The position numbers and the translations under genes are program-made. From the human T2T-CHM13v2.0 reference genome, Homo sapiens, in the NCBI RefSeq assembly GCF_009914755.1, contig NC_060929.1: 64,000 nt of DNA; one strand, 5' to 3'. Positions 41,282 to 55,443 of the stretch are shown here, one piece after another; positions within the stretch are counted from its first letter, which is position 1; every line of letters begins with the position of its first letter. Under the pieces are notes generated by a model. It ran no database searches. It had not been told where the DNA came from and saw only the letters and a program-made list of their open reading frames with translations.

Positions 41282-43682
41282 TAGTCATACCTCAGCTATT
41301 GCTGGTTCCATTCCAGACCACAACAATAAAGTGAATAGCACAATAAAGTAAGTCACACAAACTTTTTGGTTTCCCAGTGCCTATGAAAGTTATACTGCAG
41401 TCCATTAAGTGTGCAATAGCATTATGTCTAAAAAATGAGCATACCTTAATTTGAAAAACACTTTACTGCTAAAAATGCTAACAATCATCTGTGTCTTTAG
41501 CAAGCTGTCATCTTTTTTGCTGGTGGAGAACCTTGCCTCATTGTTGATGGCTGCTGACTGATAAGGCTGGTGGTTGCTGAAGGCTGTGGTAGCTGCAGCA
41601 ATTTCTTAAAATAAAACAACAATGAAGTTTACCTCTTTCATTGACTCTTTCTTTCATGAAAGATTTCTCTGTAGCATGCAATGCTGTTTGATAGCATTTG
41701 ACCAACAGTAGAACTTTTTTCAAAATTGGAGGCAATCTTTTCAAACCCTATCACTGCTTTATCAATTAAGTGTATGAATATTCTAAATCCTTTGTTGTCA
41801 TTTCAACATTGTTCACACGTCTTCATGAGGAATAGATTCCATCTCAAGAAACCACTTTCTTTGCTCATCCATAAGAAGCAACTTCTTATCCACTAAAATT
41901 TTATCAAGAGATTGCACCAATTCAGCCACATCTTTGGGCCTCACTTCAATTCTAGTTCTTTTGCTATTTCTGTCACATCTGCAGTTACTTCCCCCCACTG
42001 AAGTCTTGAACCCTTCAAGGTCATCCATGAGGGTTGGGATCAACCTCTTCCAAACTCTTGCTAACATTGATATTTTGACCACCTCCCATGAATCACAAAC
42101 GTTTTTAGTGGCATCTAGAATGGTGAATCCTTTCCAGAAGGCTTTTAATCAACTCTGTCCAGATTTATCAGAGGAATCTCTATCTATGGTGGCTATAGCC
42201 TTATGAAATGTATTTCTTAAATAATAAGACTGAAAGTCAAAATTACTCCTTGTTCCATGGATATTGTGTTAACAGACATGAAGACATTAGTCTCCTGATA
42301 CAGCCCCATCAGAGCTCTTAAGTGACCAGGTGTGTTGTCAATGAACAGTAATATTTTGAAAGCAGTGGGTTTTTTTGGTTTGTTTTCTTTTTTGTTTGTT
42401 TTTGTTTTTTTTTCTGAGCAGTAGGTCTCAATTGTGGGCTTAAAGTAATCAGGAAACCATGCTGTCAAGAGACATCTCCAGGCAGATGATGTTCCATTTG
42501 ACAGAGCATAGGCAGAGTGGATTTAGCATAATTCTTAAGCATCCTACAGTTTTTGAAATGGCAAGTAAACATTTGCTTCAACTTAAATTCACTCACTACA
42601 TTAGCCTAACAAGAGAGTCGGCCTGTCCTTTGAAGCTTAGAGGCCAGGCTTTGATTCCTCTTTAACTATGAAAGCCCTAGATGGCATCTTCTCCCAATAG
42701 AAGACTGTTTTGTTGACATTAAAAATCTGTTATTTAGTATAGGCACTTTCATTAATGATCTTACCTAGACCTTTTGGATAACTTGCTGATGCTTCTACAT
42801 CAACATTGGCTGCTTCGCCTTGCACTTTTATGTTATAGAGATAGCTTCTTTCCTTAAATCTCATGACCCAATCTCTGCTGGCTTCCAGCTTTTCGTCTAC
42901 AAATTCCTCACCTTTCTTAGCCTTCATAGAATTGAAGAGAGTTAGCGCCTTGCTCAGAGTTATGCTTTAGTTTAAAGGAATGTTGTGGCTGGTTTGATCT
43001 TCTATCCAGACCACTCAAAATTACTTCACCTTAGAAATAAGTTTCACTTTCTTGTCATTTGTGTATTGACTAGAGTAGCACTTTTAATTTTCTTTGAAAA
43101 GATTTCTTTGCATTCACAGCATGGCTAACTGGTGCAAGAGGCCTAGCTTTCAGCTTATTTTTGGGTTTTGCTGTGCCTTCCTCACTAAGCTTAATCATTT
43201 TAACTTTTGATTTAAAGTGAGAGACATGTGACTCTTTCACTTGAACACTTAGAGGCCACTGTAGGGTTATTAATTGGCCTGATTTCAATATCATTATATC
43301 TCAGAGAATAGGGAGGCCCTAGGAGAATAAGAAAGATAGGGGAGCAGCGGGTAGGTGGAGTAGTCAGAACACACAACATTCATTGCTTAAGTAAGTTCAG
43401 TGTCTTATATGGGCATGGTTTGTGGCACCCCAAAACAATTACAATAGTAACTTCAAAGATCACTGATTAGAGATCACCATAACAAATACATAATAATGAA
43501 AAAGTCTGAAATATTATGAGAATTACAAAAAGGTGATGCAGAGACATGAAATGAGCACGCTATTGGAAAAATGGCCCAGAATAATTTGCTTGACCCAATG
43601 TTGCCACAATCTTTTAATTTGTAAAAAACACAATATCTGCAAAGTGCAATAAAGTGAAGCACAATAAAATGAGGTATGCTTA
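41282..43682 (-). mobile_element. Near full-length Tigger1 DNA transposon (TcMar/pogo), decayed transposase
   Basis: TIRs TAGTCATACCTC ... GAGGTATGCTTA (consensus CAGGCATACCTC), about 2.4 kb. Minus-strand ORF fragments [14 protein letters not shown] (CENP-B-type HTH), [12 protein letters not shown] (DDE region) and LIPTLMDDLEGFKTSV. Confidence 0.93.
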
Positions 43683-44842
43683 TACATACCATTTCAAAGA
43701 TACCTTCATCATGAACTTTTCTACCAACAACCAAAAACATTGTTGTTCTATTCAAAAGAGAGAATCCAAAAGTTTTCCCAATTGCTATGTCTAGCTCCAT
43801 GTTCAGGACCTCTGGTCTCAGTCTAAGCAAATAAGGCTCTTAATGATATAGCAGCCTGTGAAATTAACCACATCAATACACCCAATATACGGTGGTGATG
43901 GTAAAACAAGAGAAATATACCAAGCACTACCATTTAGAAACCACCTACAATACCATGGTTACTGCTGCAAAACATATATCCTGCCAGACAGGGATTGTAA
44001 TGATATCCTATCTAGGCAATAAAGTGGTTTGCTAGGTTGAGTGATATAACTGCCCTTTGTCCTGTCCTCTGGGAAGACCATTCTTGCTCACTGCTCTTCA
44101 TGAGCACATATGAGAGAAGTATTGAAGAATATTCATTTTCTGGGAGTTTAATTGCCACAGCAGTGCAATTCGTGTTAGGGGAATAATTCTAGGGTATAGC
44201 AGATTATAGACATAGACCTTGGGGAAATAAGTACTTTAAAACTTCACTTGACCACCGCACAATTATCTTGCCAGAAAATCCACAGACTATTAATTGCGGT
44301 CAGAGAATTTGTCAAGTCATGGTCTCTAAACCTGGATTAGAGTTAGAGTTACTCTTTCTACTTCTATCTCCTAATGAGAGGCCTTTATGATGGTACATGC
44401 TCACTGCACTTAACTTAAAATGTTCTTACAGCAGAGCCCTCTCCTCATCTCTCTGCTTCCAGACAGTCCAGCTTAGACCTGAGCTGGTACCTTATGATAT
44501 CTCATATTACAATATCTTATTGAAAAATTTAAAAAGCAATCAAGAGGGGGAGGTTGTGCTTGTGTGGAACAAGGGTATATAAGAATTCTTTATACTTTCT
44601 GCTCTATTTGGCTATGAACCTAAACTAGCTCTAAGATATAAAGTTTATTAATTTAAAACGAAAATAATTAACAAACTCCAAAATCCTCATGTTTCCTATA
44701 AAATTTTCCAAAATTAGTTTTTGTAGGTATATTTCTATATCAAGAAAAAATTAGCAAAGACATCATAAGAAACTGTTTCTGACAGTTAAGTAGAGACAAC
44801 TTCTCAGAGATGGAATAGTGTTTTAGCTTTGCTTACTTGTTA

Positions 44843-45314
<472 letters not shown>

Positions 45315-47226
45315 TCATTGATGAACTAAAAGTCTCTCATACTGGCAGGAGGAATTGGACTGTCAAGTCTCAGGAAGGTCAGAAACAGGGTAGTCCTAGG
45401 AATTTTGGTGCTGAAAAACAATAGGCATCTCTCCAGAGTGTTGTCATCAGAATGGAACAAACATTACTGTTTTCTACCCTTGTGCCATTTAGTATAAGAT
45501 TTACATTCCTGAGAAAGAGAATGCAGTTGGTTTGGTTTCAGTCATGTGCCCATTTCTGAATAAATTTGGGATGAGCTGAGAGACGTGGGCATGGAGTACT
45601 TTCTGATGGCTATGTATCAATGTTGGACCCACACCTTTCTTTGATATAACTCAATGTCACAAGCAGAATAGATTCCTTTGAGAAAAAGCAAATTTTTTGC
45701 CATTAGGAAAAGGGGAAGGGATGATGGCAGGGCCAGCTTAACAAATCCCTGCTTCAATATTAAGTATGGTACTTAATACTTTACATTTCATTTTATTGTT
45801 TTAATGTCTATCACCCTTGCTGAACTTGATATTGCTTAAAACAATGCCTGCAATGCCTAGTAAAAAATAGATACATAGAGCTGTTTCAATAAGTGTTTTT
45901 TAATTGCTAGCTTAAAGTATTATCCATTTAAGGCATATTAACAGGGATCTTCTAGGAATATTGCCCAATGTTTTTAAAGTGATGATGTAAATTACAAATA
46001 ACACATTAGGATAAGTGGTTCATCTAAGCACATCAAACCACTCCAGTTGAAGACTCATAATCTTAGGGTTGGAAGGAAATTTACAGATCACATTCCAGTC
46101 TCTTTTCTCGTCTTCAGGACCACCCCATCATGCCCACACTACATGTGTCACATTAAGCAAAGGACTTTTCCATAACCTAAATGGTTTTATTTTAGTAAGA
46201 CATAAATTGTATACCTTGAATAAAACCATTAATATGAGAAATAAATGTATACCAATTGGGTGTATTTTCTTAGTAATTGTGAAAAGGAATAACTGGATAA
46301 AATAGGCATTTAGGAGACAGGCTATGGAGTCATAATCCCCACTCTACTACATCTGACCACAGTTAGTATGTGAAATGGGAATAAGAATATTCATTTCATG
46401 GTCGATGTGAAGACTAAATCCAATAATGTTTATAAAGTCTTAGCACACTTTGTGGCATATTATAAAATTCAATAAACAGTAGAGCTTTTATTAAATCTGA
46501 TCTGCCATTAGATTTGATATGCAAATATTTCCAGGGGATTGCTTACAATAGCCACACAAATTATAAACAACCTATTAGAATATTCATATTGGAATCTTTG
46601 CTTCTTTGCTAGCACTGATTCCACTAATGACGTATTATCAGTCTTATTAATGATCACTATGCTATCCCTTACACAAATATTAAGCTTTGCCTTTTAGCCC
46701 TAGGCTCTTTACTCCTATGCTCATTAACTTTGTAGTGTTCTAAAGTCATTCTCTGTCACTCTTTATTTTTGCGCCTCTAGGTGATTTTATACTAATAAGA
46801 GCACCTTCTATTTGGCAACCTTGCAACGAATGTTGCTTTATCCATTATCACAGGTTAGATGTACTACAGACCATTCAGCTTTGAAATTAAACTGTAAGAA
46901 TAAAAACATACAGTTTAAAGAACTTCTACAATCACTACAAACCTCTGCATTTCCTTTTGACTTTTCTGTTTTCCTTTCCTATTCTGGACATCTGAGGGAG
47001 AATCTGGATGTCACACCCACACAAGTGCTACCTGAGTATCTAGCTTTCAGGACAGAAGAACAATAAGGATAGCCCCTGCTACAGCCCTCCCCAGATTATG
47101 TCAATGTGGTGCTAGTTTTGGGACCTTGTGTAGACATTTATAACTGTGCAGGGTCAACAAATTTATTTATCTTACCCTTTCCTTATGCCAAATCTCTCCA
47201 AACATGTTGTAAAATCTTCAAAATGA

Positions 47227-47593
<367 letters not shown>

Positions 47594-47744
47594 AGGATGA
47601 AATTTAAAAATAACTTTCCTCAACTCCTTGGGCAGAAGGCATGTTGATATTTTTATCATTATTATTATCATTTAGTTGAATGGTGATACTATAAATAATA
47701 TAATGCACATTCTTTCTCCAACTCTTATAAATGTTCACTGATCT

Positions 47745-50700
47745 ATTTATTCAATAAATATTTACTAAGCCTCTCCTTTTTTTCTAGATGATAGAAACAT
47801 AGTAGTGAACAATGCAGATATAATCTGCTCATAAAACCTAGTGTGAAAGACTGGTAATTAAACTAGCAATTATAAAAGAGAATAGCAAACCCTGCCATAG
47901 AGGAGACTCAAGGTGTCATGGAAGCATACAGCAAAAATGTGTAATATGAAAAATATCAGGAAAGACTTCCTGGGGGAAGCTTAGAAGAAGGAATGAGATT
48001 TAGCTATATTCAAAAGAGGATAAAGGAAAGAAAGAGTAAAGGCAGAGGAAACAGTGAAGACAAATATAAAAGGTCTACAAGAGAATACCTTGCATAGTTC
48101 TTGACACATATTTAGACTCAGTAATCCCTTACTGATTGAAAGAGAGAGCAAAAGCATGGCATACTAGAGGAATTAAAAAGAAGTTCACCATGTGTCTTAG
48201 TCTGTGTCCTGCTGTTATAACAGAATACTGCAGTCTGAGTAACTTATAAAAGAAAGAGGTTCATTGGCCTATGGTTCTAGAGGCTGGGAAGTACAAGACT
48301 GAGGAGTTGCATCTTGTGAGGGCCTTCCTGCTGTGTGATAACATAGTAGAAGACATATTATGATGACAGAAATGGGGATTAAACTTACTCATTTATCAGG
48401 AGCCCCCTCCCATGATAACTAACCTATCTCTGTGATAATGGCATTGATCCACTTACGAGGGCAGAGCCCTCATGGCCTAATTACTGCCTAATGGCCTCAT
48501 TTCTTAATACTGTTACAATGGCAATTAAATTTTAACATGATGTTTTGAGGAGGCATTCAAATTATGGCATTTTGCCCTGGCCCTCAAGGTACTTCTCACA
48601 CATAAAATATATCCATTCCATCCCAATAGCCCCCAAAGTCTCAGCTTACTCCTCCAACTCAAAAATCTGAAGTCCAGAGTCTTATCTAAATCAGATATGG
48701 GTAAGACTCAAGGCATGATTCATCTGGAGACAAATTCTTTCTAGCTGTTAGCCTATGAAATCAAAACAAGTTATCTATGGTGGGACAAGCATAGGATAGA
48801 TATTTCCATTCCAAAAGGGAGAAAGAGGCAGAAAAAAGAGGGTAACTGGTCCTAAGTCCAAAACCCTAAGAGGGAAAACAACATTAGGTCCTAAAGCTAT
48901 TATAGCAACAATTCCATTCACAGTACTAATTTTCTGTTTTATTTTGTGTTTTGCTGCTATAACGGAATGTCATAGACTGGACACTTTAGAAAGAAAAGAG
49001 ATTTATTTGGCTCACTGTCTGGAGGCAGGGAAGTTCAAGATCAAGGGCCACACCTGGTAAGGCTTTTCGTATTGCATCATAACATGGTGGAAGGCATCAC
49101 ATGGTGAGAGAGGACAACAGTGAGCAAGAGTACAGGACAGAGGAAGAATGGGGGCTAAATTTACCCTTTCATCAGGAACCCACTCCTGTGACAACTAACC
49201 CATTCCCTTGACAATGGCATTAATCATCTCTTAATGTTATAATGTCAATTAAGTTTCAATGAGTTTTGGAAAGAATATTCAAACTACAGCACCATGGCTA
49301 AACTGAAGAGAACAAGTAAAAAAATCTTGCCAATTAAAAGAGAATGAATACATAGAAGCAGATCATGTAACCTGCAAAAAGGAGTCAAAGCATTGTCTTT
49401 TTTGAACAATGGAAAGCTATTGAGGAGCTTGAAATAAGACAATGACTTGTACAGACTTTTATTTTAAAAATATCACTCCATCTGTAGTGTGGAAAATAAA
49501 TTGGGACCACTACAGGAGATAAAGAAATCATTTTAAAGTCTGTGGAATAATCCAAGCAAGAGAGAACAGTGACTGGAATTAAGGTATGTGGGGAAATTGT
49601 ATGGATTTGATAAATACTTAGGGTTGCTTGAAAACGTCTTTAAGACATTGGATGAAATGCACTGGTGAGTGGAAGAGATCTAGGAGGAATCTCAGGTTAT
49701 TGGCCTGAGCAGCTGAGATAAGTAACATGAGAGAAAGAACAGGTTTGAAATAAAAGATAAATTGTTCTGTACTGAGTTCCAAATACCTGTAGAAAACCAA
49801 GAAAACGTGTTCAGCAGGCAATAGTTTAACTGGGTCTGAAGTTCAGAAAAGACATATGTGTTGGAAATAAAAATTTCGAAAATGTCAGAATGTGGATGGA
49901 AAATTAAACCTACTGAAATAGATATGCTCTTACATTTAGAGGAGACTGTGACCAATACCAACACTGAAGACCTGGACAGATGAAGATGAGAACACAAGGA
50001 AAACTGAGAGGAAGGGGCCAGAGAGTTATGGAAGAAACCAGGAGTATATAACAACACATAAGCCAACGAGGAGATTTTCTTAAGTTAGAGGAAGTTATTT
50101 CCAGTGTCAAATGCTGTGAGGGGGTTAAATATGATTATGCCTGAAAAGCATCTATTTAATAAATTTTGCAACAAGCTTATTCCTTGTGACCTATAGGAGT
50201 AGGCTCAGAAGAGTAGCAGGAGAATAACTCAGATTACTTTGGGTTAAAGAGTGATTGAGAGGTGAATAAATGAAAGTAACATATAGACTTCTTATTTCAG
50301 TAAGGTTTGCTGTAAAGAGAAAGAAAAATGAGGCAGTAGCTAAAGGAAGATCTGGGGTCCATGGGAGTGGCTTACATATAGACTGGAAAGAATAACCAAA
50401 GAGAGCAAAACTAAAGATAAGGAAGAAGGAGCACAATTAATAGAGTGAGGCTTCTGCAAAAGCACAAACAATGGGAATTAAGAACCCAGAAGAAAGAGGA
50501 CATTTCTTTAGGAGAAAAGATACACATTCTACAGATATATGTAGGAGAAGAGGATAGATACAGATGCAAGTGTGTGCGTGCAGAGACAGGAGTTAGAAGG
50601 AGACCTTGGCTGATGGTGTCTATTTTCTCTGTAAATTAGAAAGTAAGGTCATCTAATGAGACAAGGAAGGTGGTAGGATACGAAGTGAAAGGACACTAGA
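47745..50700 (-). mobile_element. Long L2 LINE 3' segment, interrupted by an MST element
   Basis: TTTATTCAATAAATATTTACTAAGC is the antisense L2 tail, followed by about 1.8 kb of purine-rich L2-like sequence. Boundaries approximate. Confidence 0.65.
48193..49291 (-). mobile_element. Two-LTR MaLR element (MSTC/D-like) with shortened internal region
   Basis: LTRs at 48193-48569 and 48935-49291. Internal 48570-48934 is MST-int-like (CCCAATAGCCCCCAAAGTC...CCATTCCAAAAGGGAGAAA; GTACTAATTTTC). TSD CCATG at 48188-48192 and 49292-49296. Confidence 0.85.
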
Positions 50701-51683
50701 GACTTGAGAAACAAGAGCACATTAAGAAAATAGAGAAGAATGATCAGTTGACACTGAGAGCTCAGTAGACTCCAAGATTTTAAAGTTTTGGTTGTACAAT
50801 CTTCAGAACTGTGTAACTAGCTATTTTGAGTACTGCAGGCATAGGCTGCAGTGACAAACAGTTGGATGGAACCAATTGGATTATTCTCCAGCTTCAGAAG
50901 GCAAATAGCTGGCCCTCTGCTAGGCTTCTAAGGAGGAGTTAAATCTTTGAATTCAGAGAGATTCATGTAAAATTAACATAATTACCTCTCCCAGTGCCAC
51001 AAGGATGGAAGGAATAGTGGAAGCAGCAGCAGGCTAACAGACAAGACTTGAATTGTAATCATAACTCTATCCCCAACAGCCATGCCTCCTTCTTCAAGTC
51101 AGTGGGTCTCAATTCTCTAATCTATAAAATAAAAATATTATAGAAGAAATCCCCCTCAAATTAGTGTTCTAAGTTTTTGTGAAAACATTGCTGCTCACCT
51201 ATATCAGGTGAAGGGCACCTCCACATCACCATAAATTGAAGAAAACATTTTGCAAACAGGAAAACTGAGGGGTAAGCTTCTAGAAAACCTCCTATGCTAG
51301 ACAACAGAGATCCCCTGATTACCTCCAAACCCACATCTTCCTCACATTCAGAAATACTCTCAGGTTAGGCTTGCAGTGTGAGAGGTCTGTAGAATCTATG
51401 GCATTATCAAGAAAAGCAGTTCACCTTGATAGCATATCCCAGAGAGAAGACAGCATCTTTTGAACTGTGCGAAGTGACTGGTCCAGAAAGTATCCATGAA
51501 AATTAACATCCTCCCCCAGAGAGAAAAAGACATGTTAGGAAGCAAGATTAACAAACCTTTGTGTCGTTCGAAAATTAATCAACACACAGTTTAAACTCAC
51601 ATCAAAATAAAAAAATTTTTAAGCACCTTTCCTAGAAACTCAGGCCAGAGGATAGGGAAGAGATTTTTCTTTCATTTTCTTTC

Positions 51684-51723
51684 TCTGAAATCAGTCATCT
51701 GAAATCAGATGACTGATTTCAGA
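51684..51723. repeat. Perfect 19-bp inverted repeat with 2-nt spacer
   Basis: TCTGAAATCAGTCATCTGA-AA-TCAGATGACTGATTTCAGA. Confidence 0.95.
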
Positions 51724-54700
51724 ACAACTACTGAGTGTTGAACAATAAGACATTCAAAGACCAAAACTAGAGAGTCATTTTTTTCAGCACAACACCCTCG
51801 GGTAGCTGTTCGCTGTCTCTGGCAGACAAAATTATTTTCCAGTGGCTCCTGGAGGACCATCTATAAACAAATTAGAAATTTCAAAGGGTTTGTTTTCTGC
51901 CTTCTGGCTGCCAGTAGGAGCCATTCCCTTTGTGTCCTTCATATGAAAAAGTAATTTAACAAAGAAAAAAAGAGAGAGAGCTCCTTGGCTCAAAACAGAC
52001 AAGCAAGTACACCTCCTTCCCCGCCCTTCTGTGTTTCCCCTCTGTCCATTGTCACGTTTGGTCAGTTTTCTGTCAAAACAACTTTTATTGTACGCAGCTT
52101 TCAGTCCTGCAGAGCTCCAGGAGCTTGGGAGACAAGCCATTTTCCTACAGCAATTTCATCAATAAGAAAAAAATGGAAAATGAGTACTGATTTATGGCTG
52201 ATTCTTCATAACAAATAGCAGCAGCCAGTAAACGCCCACCCAGCTATGTAGGAAGGAAAAGTTAAGTGCGTCCATCCCCACCCAGTTCAGATGCAGACCC
52301 AAGCAAGTACAGCCTCAAAACAAAAGAGAGCTTTCTAAGCATTTCACAACAGCTTGTCAAGTAATGCACAAGGACATATTTCAAAGGAAAGAAAAAAATC
52401 AATTCTGCCGCATACTAACTCAGAGCTGGAGTGAGGCTTAATATCTACTAAAAAAAAAAAAACCGTTATTCCCCAAAATATCCACCAGTATATAGGTATA
52501 AGAAATGTGTTATGCTCCACATGAGGACATTAGCACAATTGCTCCCAGGTTCCTGATAAGGAAACTGAGACCTGAACAGTAGGGAGAATATGTCTATAGT
52601 GCCATGGCAAACTGTCTTGAAGACAGGACCAGCAGGCCAGGGGCACTGCTCTCTGTGTTATGTGCTCTAAAGTCAACATATGGAGAATAAGAGGCTTTCC
52701 TGAGTTTTTGGCATGAAAAGTCCATTTTCTCATTATTATCTTAGTTTTCATTCTCTGGGATTCATTTGGGGCTTGGCTGGCAGTCAAGAGCTGAAGAACA
52801 GGAGGTTCACAAACACAGCTATTTCTAGTATGCTGATACTCTCTACTAATCATGGTTTAAGTGGCATGCCAAATCTAGACTTTGCTTTCTTGGGCCCCAT
52901 TCAGAGGTTTGCACTTTGAGGTGAAAAGGTCTTAAAAGCCTTCCTAGCACACTGCATTTCATTTAAGGACATTCTTGGCTCGGGAAATCCAATTTGAAGC
53001 TATTGGTAGTATGCCAATAAAAAAAAATTACTATGTGGCCTTAATTCAGTTCTGGACATTTTTTAGAAACATAGTTTGGCATGCCTTTATTTTCTAATTC
53101 TATGTCTGTAAAATCTCTGGATTCTGTGGGTAGATTTCTAGCAGCAATTCCAGGCTTGGGGTCAAGAAAAGAATGAAAAAATGACCTTTAGGAGTAAAGG
53201 CTTCAAGAGTCAGAGCCCACGTCCAGCGTGCACTGTGTGCATGCATGTGTGTATGCGTGTGCCTGTTGCTGCGGGAGGCGGAGGTGAGCATGGGGTAGAG
53301 CGCTAGTGAACGAAGTGCTGTAGCACAGAAATGTGATGCTCCAGTTTGGCTAAGGTTCAAATACAACTTCACTCTAGAGCCCTGATTAAGCAAATGTTTA
53401 GAACAATATTCAAGTCATAAGCATCAAAATAAAACAATCATTTTCCCACTGCCCAGTTGAAATACTTTAACTCACCCTCAAACATGTGCCCTCCATACAT
53501 GCTCCCAAATGCATGTCTAGGAGCCAGCTAAGAAACAAATATTTAAAATTAACTTACTTTTTGAAATAGCATTCACAGAAAATGTATTCCTCATCTGTTT
53601 CCCATGAATGAGATGAATCCATCCTTTTCTGCATGTGTTAAAGTAAAGCATAATCTTGAAAGTAGAGAAAAGGAATCAGTTTTCAATGAAAGTATTTATA
53701 GTACTTGGGCTGAAATAATTGACCTAGGTTCAAATGACTAATAGAGAACAGACAAATATTTCTTCCCTTCCCCCAATAACGTAAAAGAATACAGTATTAT
53801 GGTGAAGACAAGATTTAATAAGCCCAAACACATGTATTCTAAGGAAGATGAAATGTAAGTCACAGAGGGAGTCTTGGTAGTATATTCAATACCATACAGC
53901 CATTTTACAAATTGTTTATTTCCTTTACCAGATGGACCCTTTTAAATTTCCTCTCTGTGTACCTTAGTCCTAATGGAAAACCCACCTGAATTGCTTCAAC
54001 GTCTGCACAGCCCTTTCTGGGACCCTGGCTGGCGCAGCGCATGCAGAGTTAACGCCAACCTTGAGCAGCTCTCTCTGCCCTGAGTAAGGTTATTAAACAG
54101 GAACATTTGACTCACAATTTGTTCTCCTCATGTTAAGTAGATTGCAATAACTCAGCTGTCCAGGATCTGTTTATCAATGCTCTGTGGCTTTCAGCAGCAA
54201 ATATTTTATAACCACTAAGTAGATGTTCAGACCACTCATCAAATGAAAATCTCCTGTACTCAGAGCTGGTGTTATCATCACAACCCACCAACTGAAGAGC
54301 CCTGCCCCAGAGCCTGTCAGGCTTAGTCAGATCCTCATTCTGGGGAATTCTCTTCCACTAAATGATTTAAATAGAAACTAGTTCACCGTCAGAAGAGGCT
54401 ATGACATCTCAGAGACTCCTCATTGTCCTATAGTGTCCTAATAAATTGTCATTTTATTTAGTTTTGCTGTCTTCTTTGTATGCCTTCTAATAAACATTTT
54501 ATATGCATTCCAATTCAAGAAGGGAGAAACAAGAAAAAGAAAGGGCAGGTAAATAGATTCTCCGACAGTCTGCATTCTGTTGATGCTGTATCCCTAAGAC
54601 TAGACCATTTGAAATTAGCAATTTATTATTGCCACAGATATGCTTCTTCATAACAATCAGATTTTTGTTAATGAACCACAGTGGTTCTGGCATTGTCCAC

Positions 54701-54853
54701 TTAAGATTTAAGGTACCTTCCCCAAAATGAAGGGCATACAACAATTTAACTGCAGGATATTGGCCAATTGTTAAGGTACTGGTAATTAAATCAGATCCTA
54801 AGGAACCTATTAAGTAACCTAATGTCTAAAATAGTATAAGAATAGAACATTAA

Positions 54854-55443
54854 TGTAGGGGCCCAGACACTTGGCCTCCTGGAGGTTCAAAAATCACTGA
54901 CATGAGGCAGATTAATGAAAGAAAAGGCTTACAAATTACTTACTATGTATACAAAGGAGCCTTCAGAATGAAGACCCAACTCCCCAGTGAGGTACAGAAA
55001 TTTATATTCTATCTTGAGGTTACAGAAAGAATGGGGGCTTGGGTGGCCAAAGAGGCTATGGGAGGCAGGGAGAAGGAGAATTCTGGGGAGGAGCAATAAA
55101 TGATTACCAGGCAGAATGGATGGGAACAGAGGTGAACCAGTAAATAGCTATCATTGAAGTATGAATAAGTCTAAGAGACAGCCATCATCTTGCCAAAGGA
55201 TCTGTTCAGGTTTGGTTTACTTTATTGGTCTTCTTTTCTTCAATAGATAATGAGGCCAGAGGAATGGAAAGAAAAACCAATTGTTCTTCTTTGTGGGCCC
55301 AAACTTTAGGCAGATAAAGGAACTTCAGAGATCAACTTTATCCTATGCTTTGGGGGAGACCCAAATTAGAGGGACCTTGAGACTTCTTCAGTTCAGCATG
55401 TCAAAATGCCATATTTTGGGGCATTGGTTTCTAAGCCCCAACA
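54854..55443 (-). mobile_element. ERV1 solo LTR (MER39-like)
   Basis: Minus strand begins TGTTGGGGCTTAGAAACCAATGCCCCAAAATATGGCATTTTGACATGCTGAACTGAAG. 4-bp TSD TTAA at 54850-54853 and 55444-55447. Confidence 0.82.

Noticed and set aside
41813-43294. Transposase-like ORFs as a domesticated TIGD gene
   Set aside because: They are fragmented across frames and enclosed by Tigger1 TIRs, so this is a decayed transposon.
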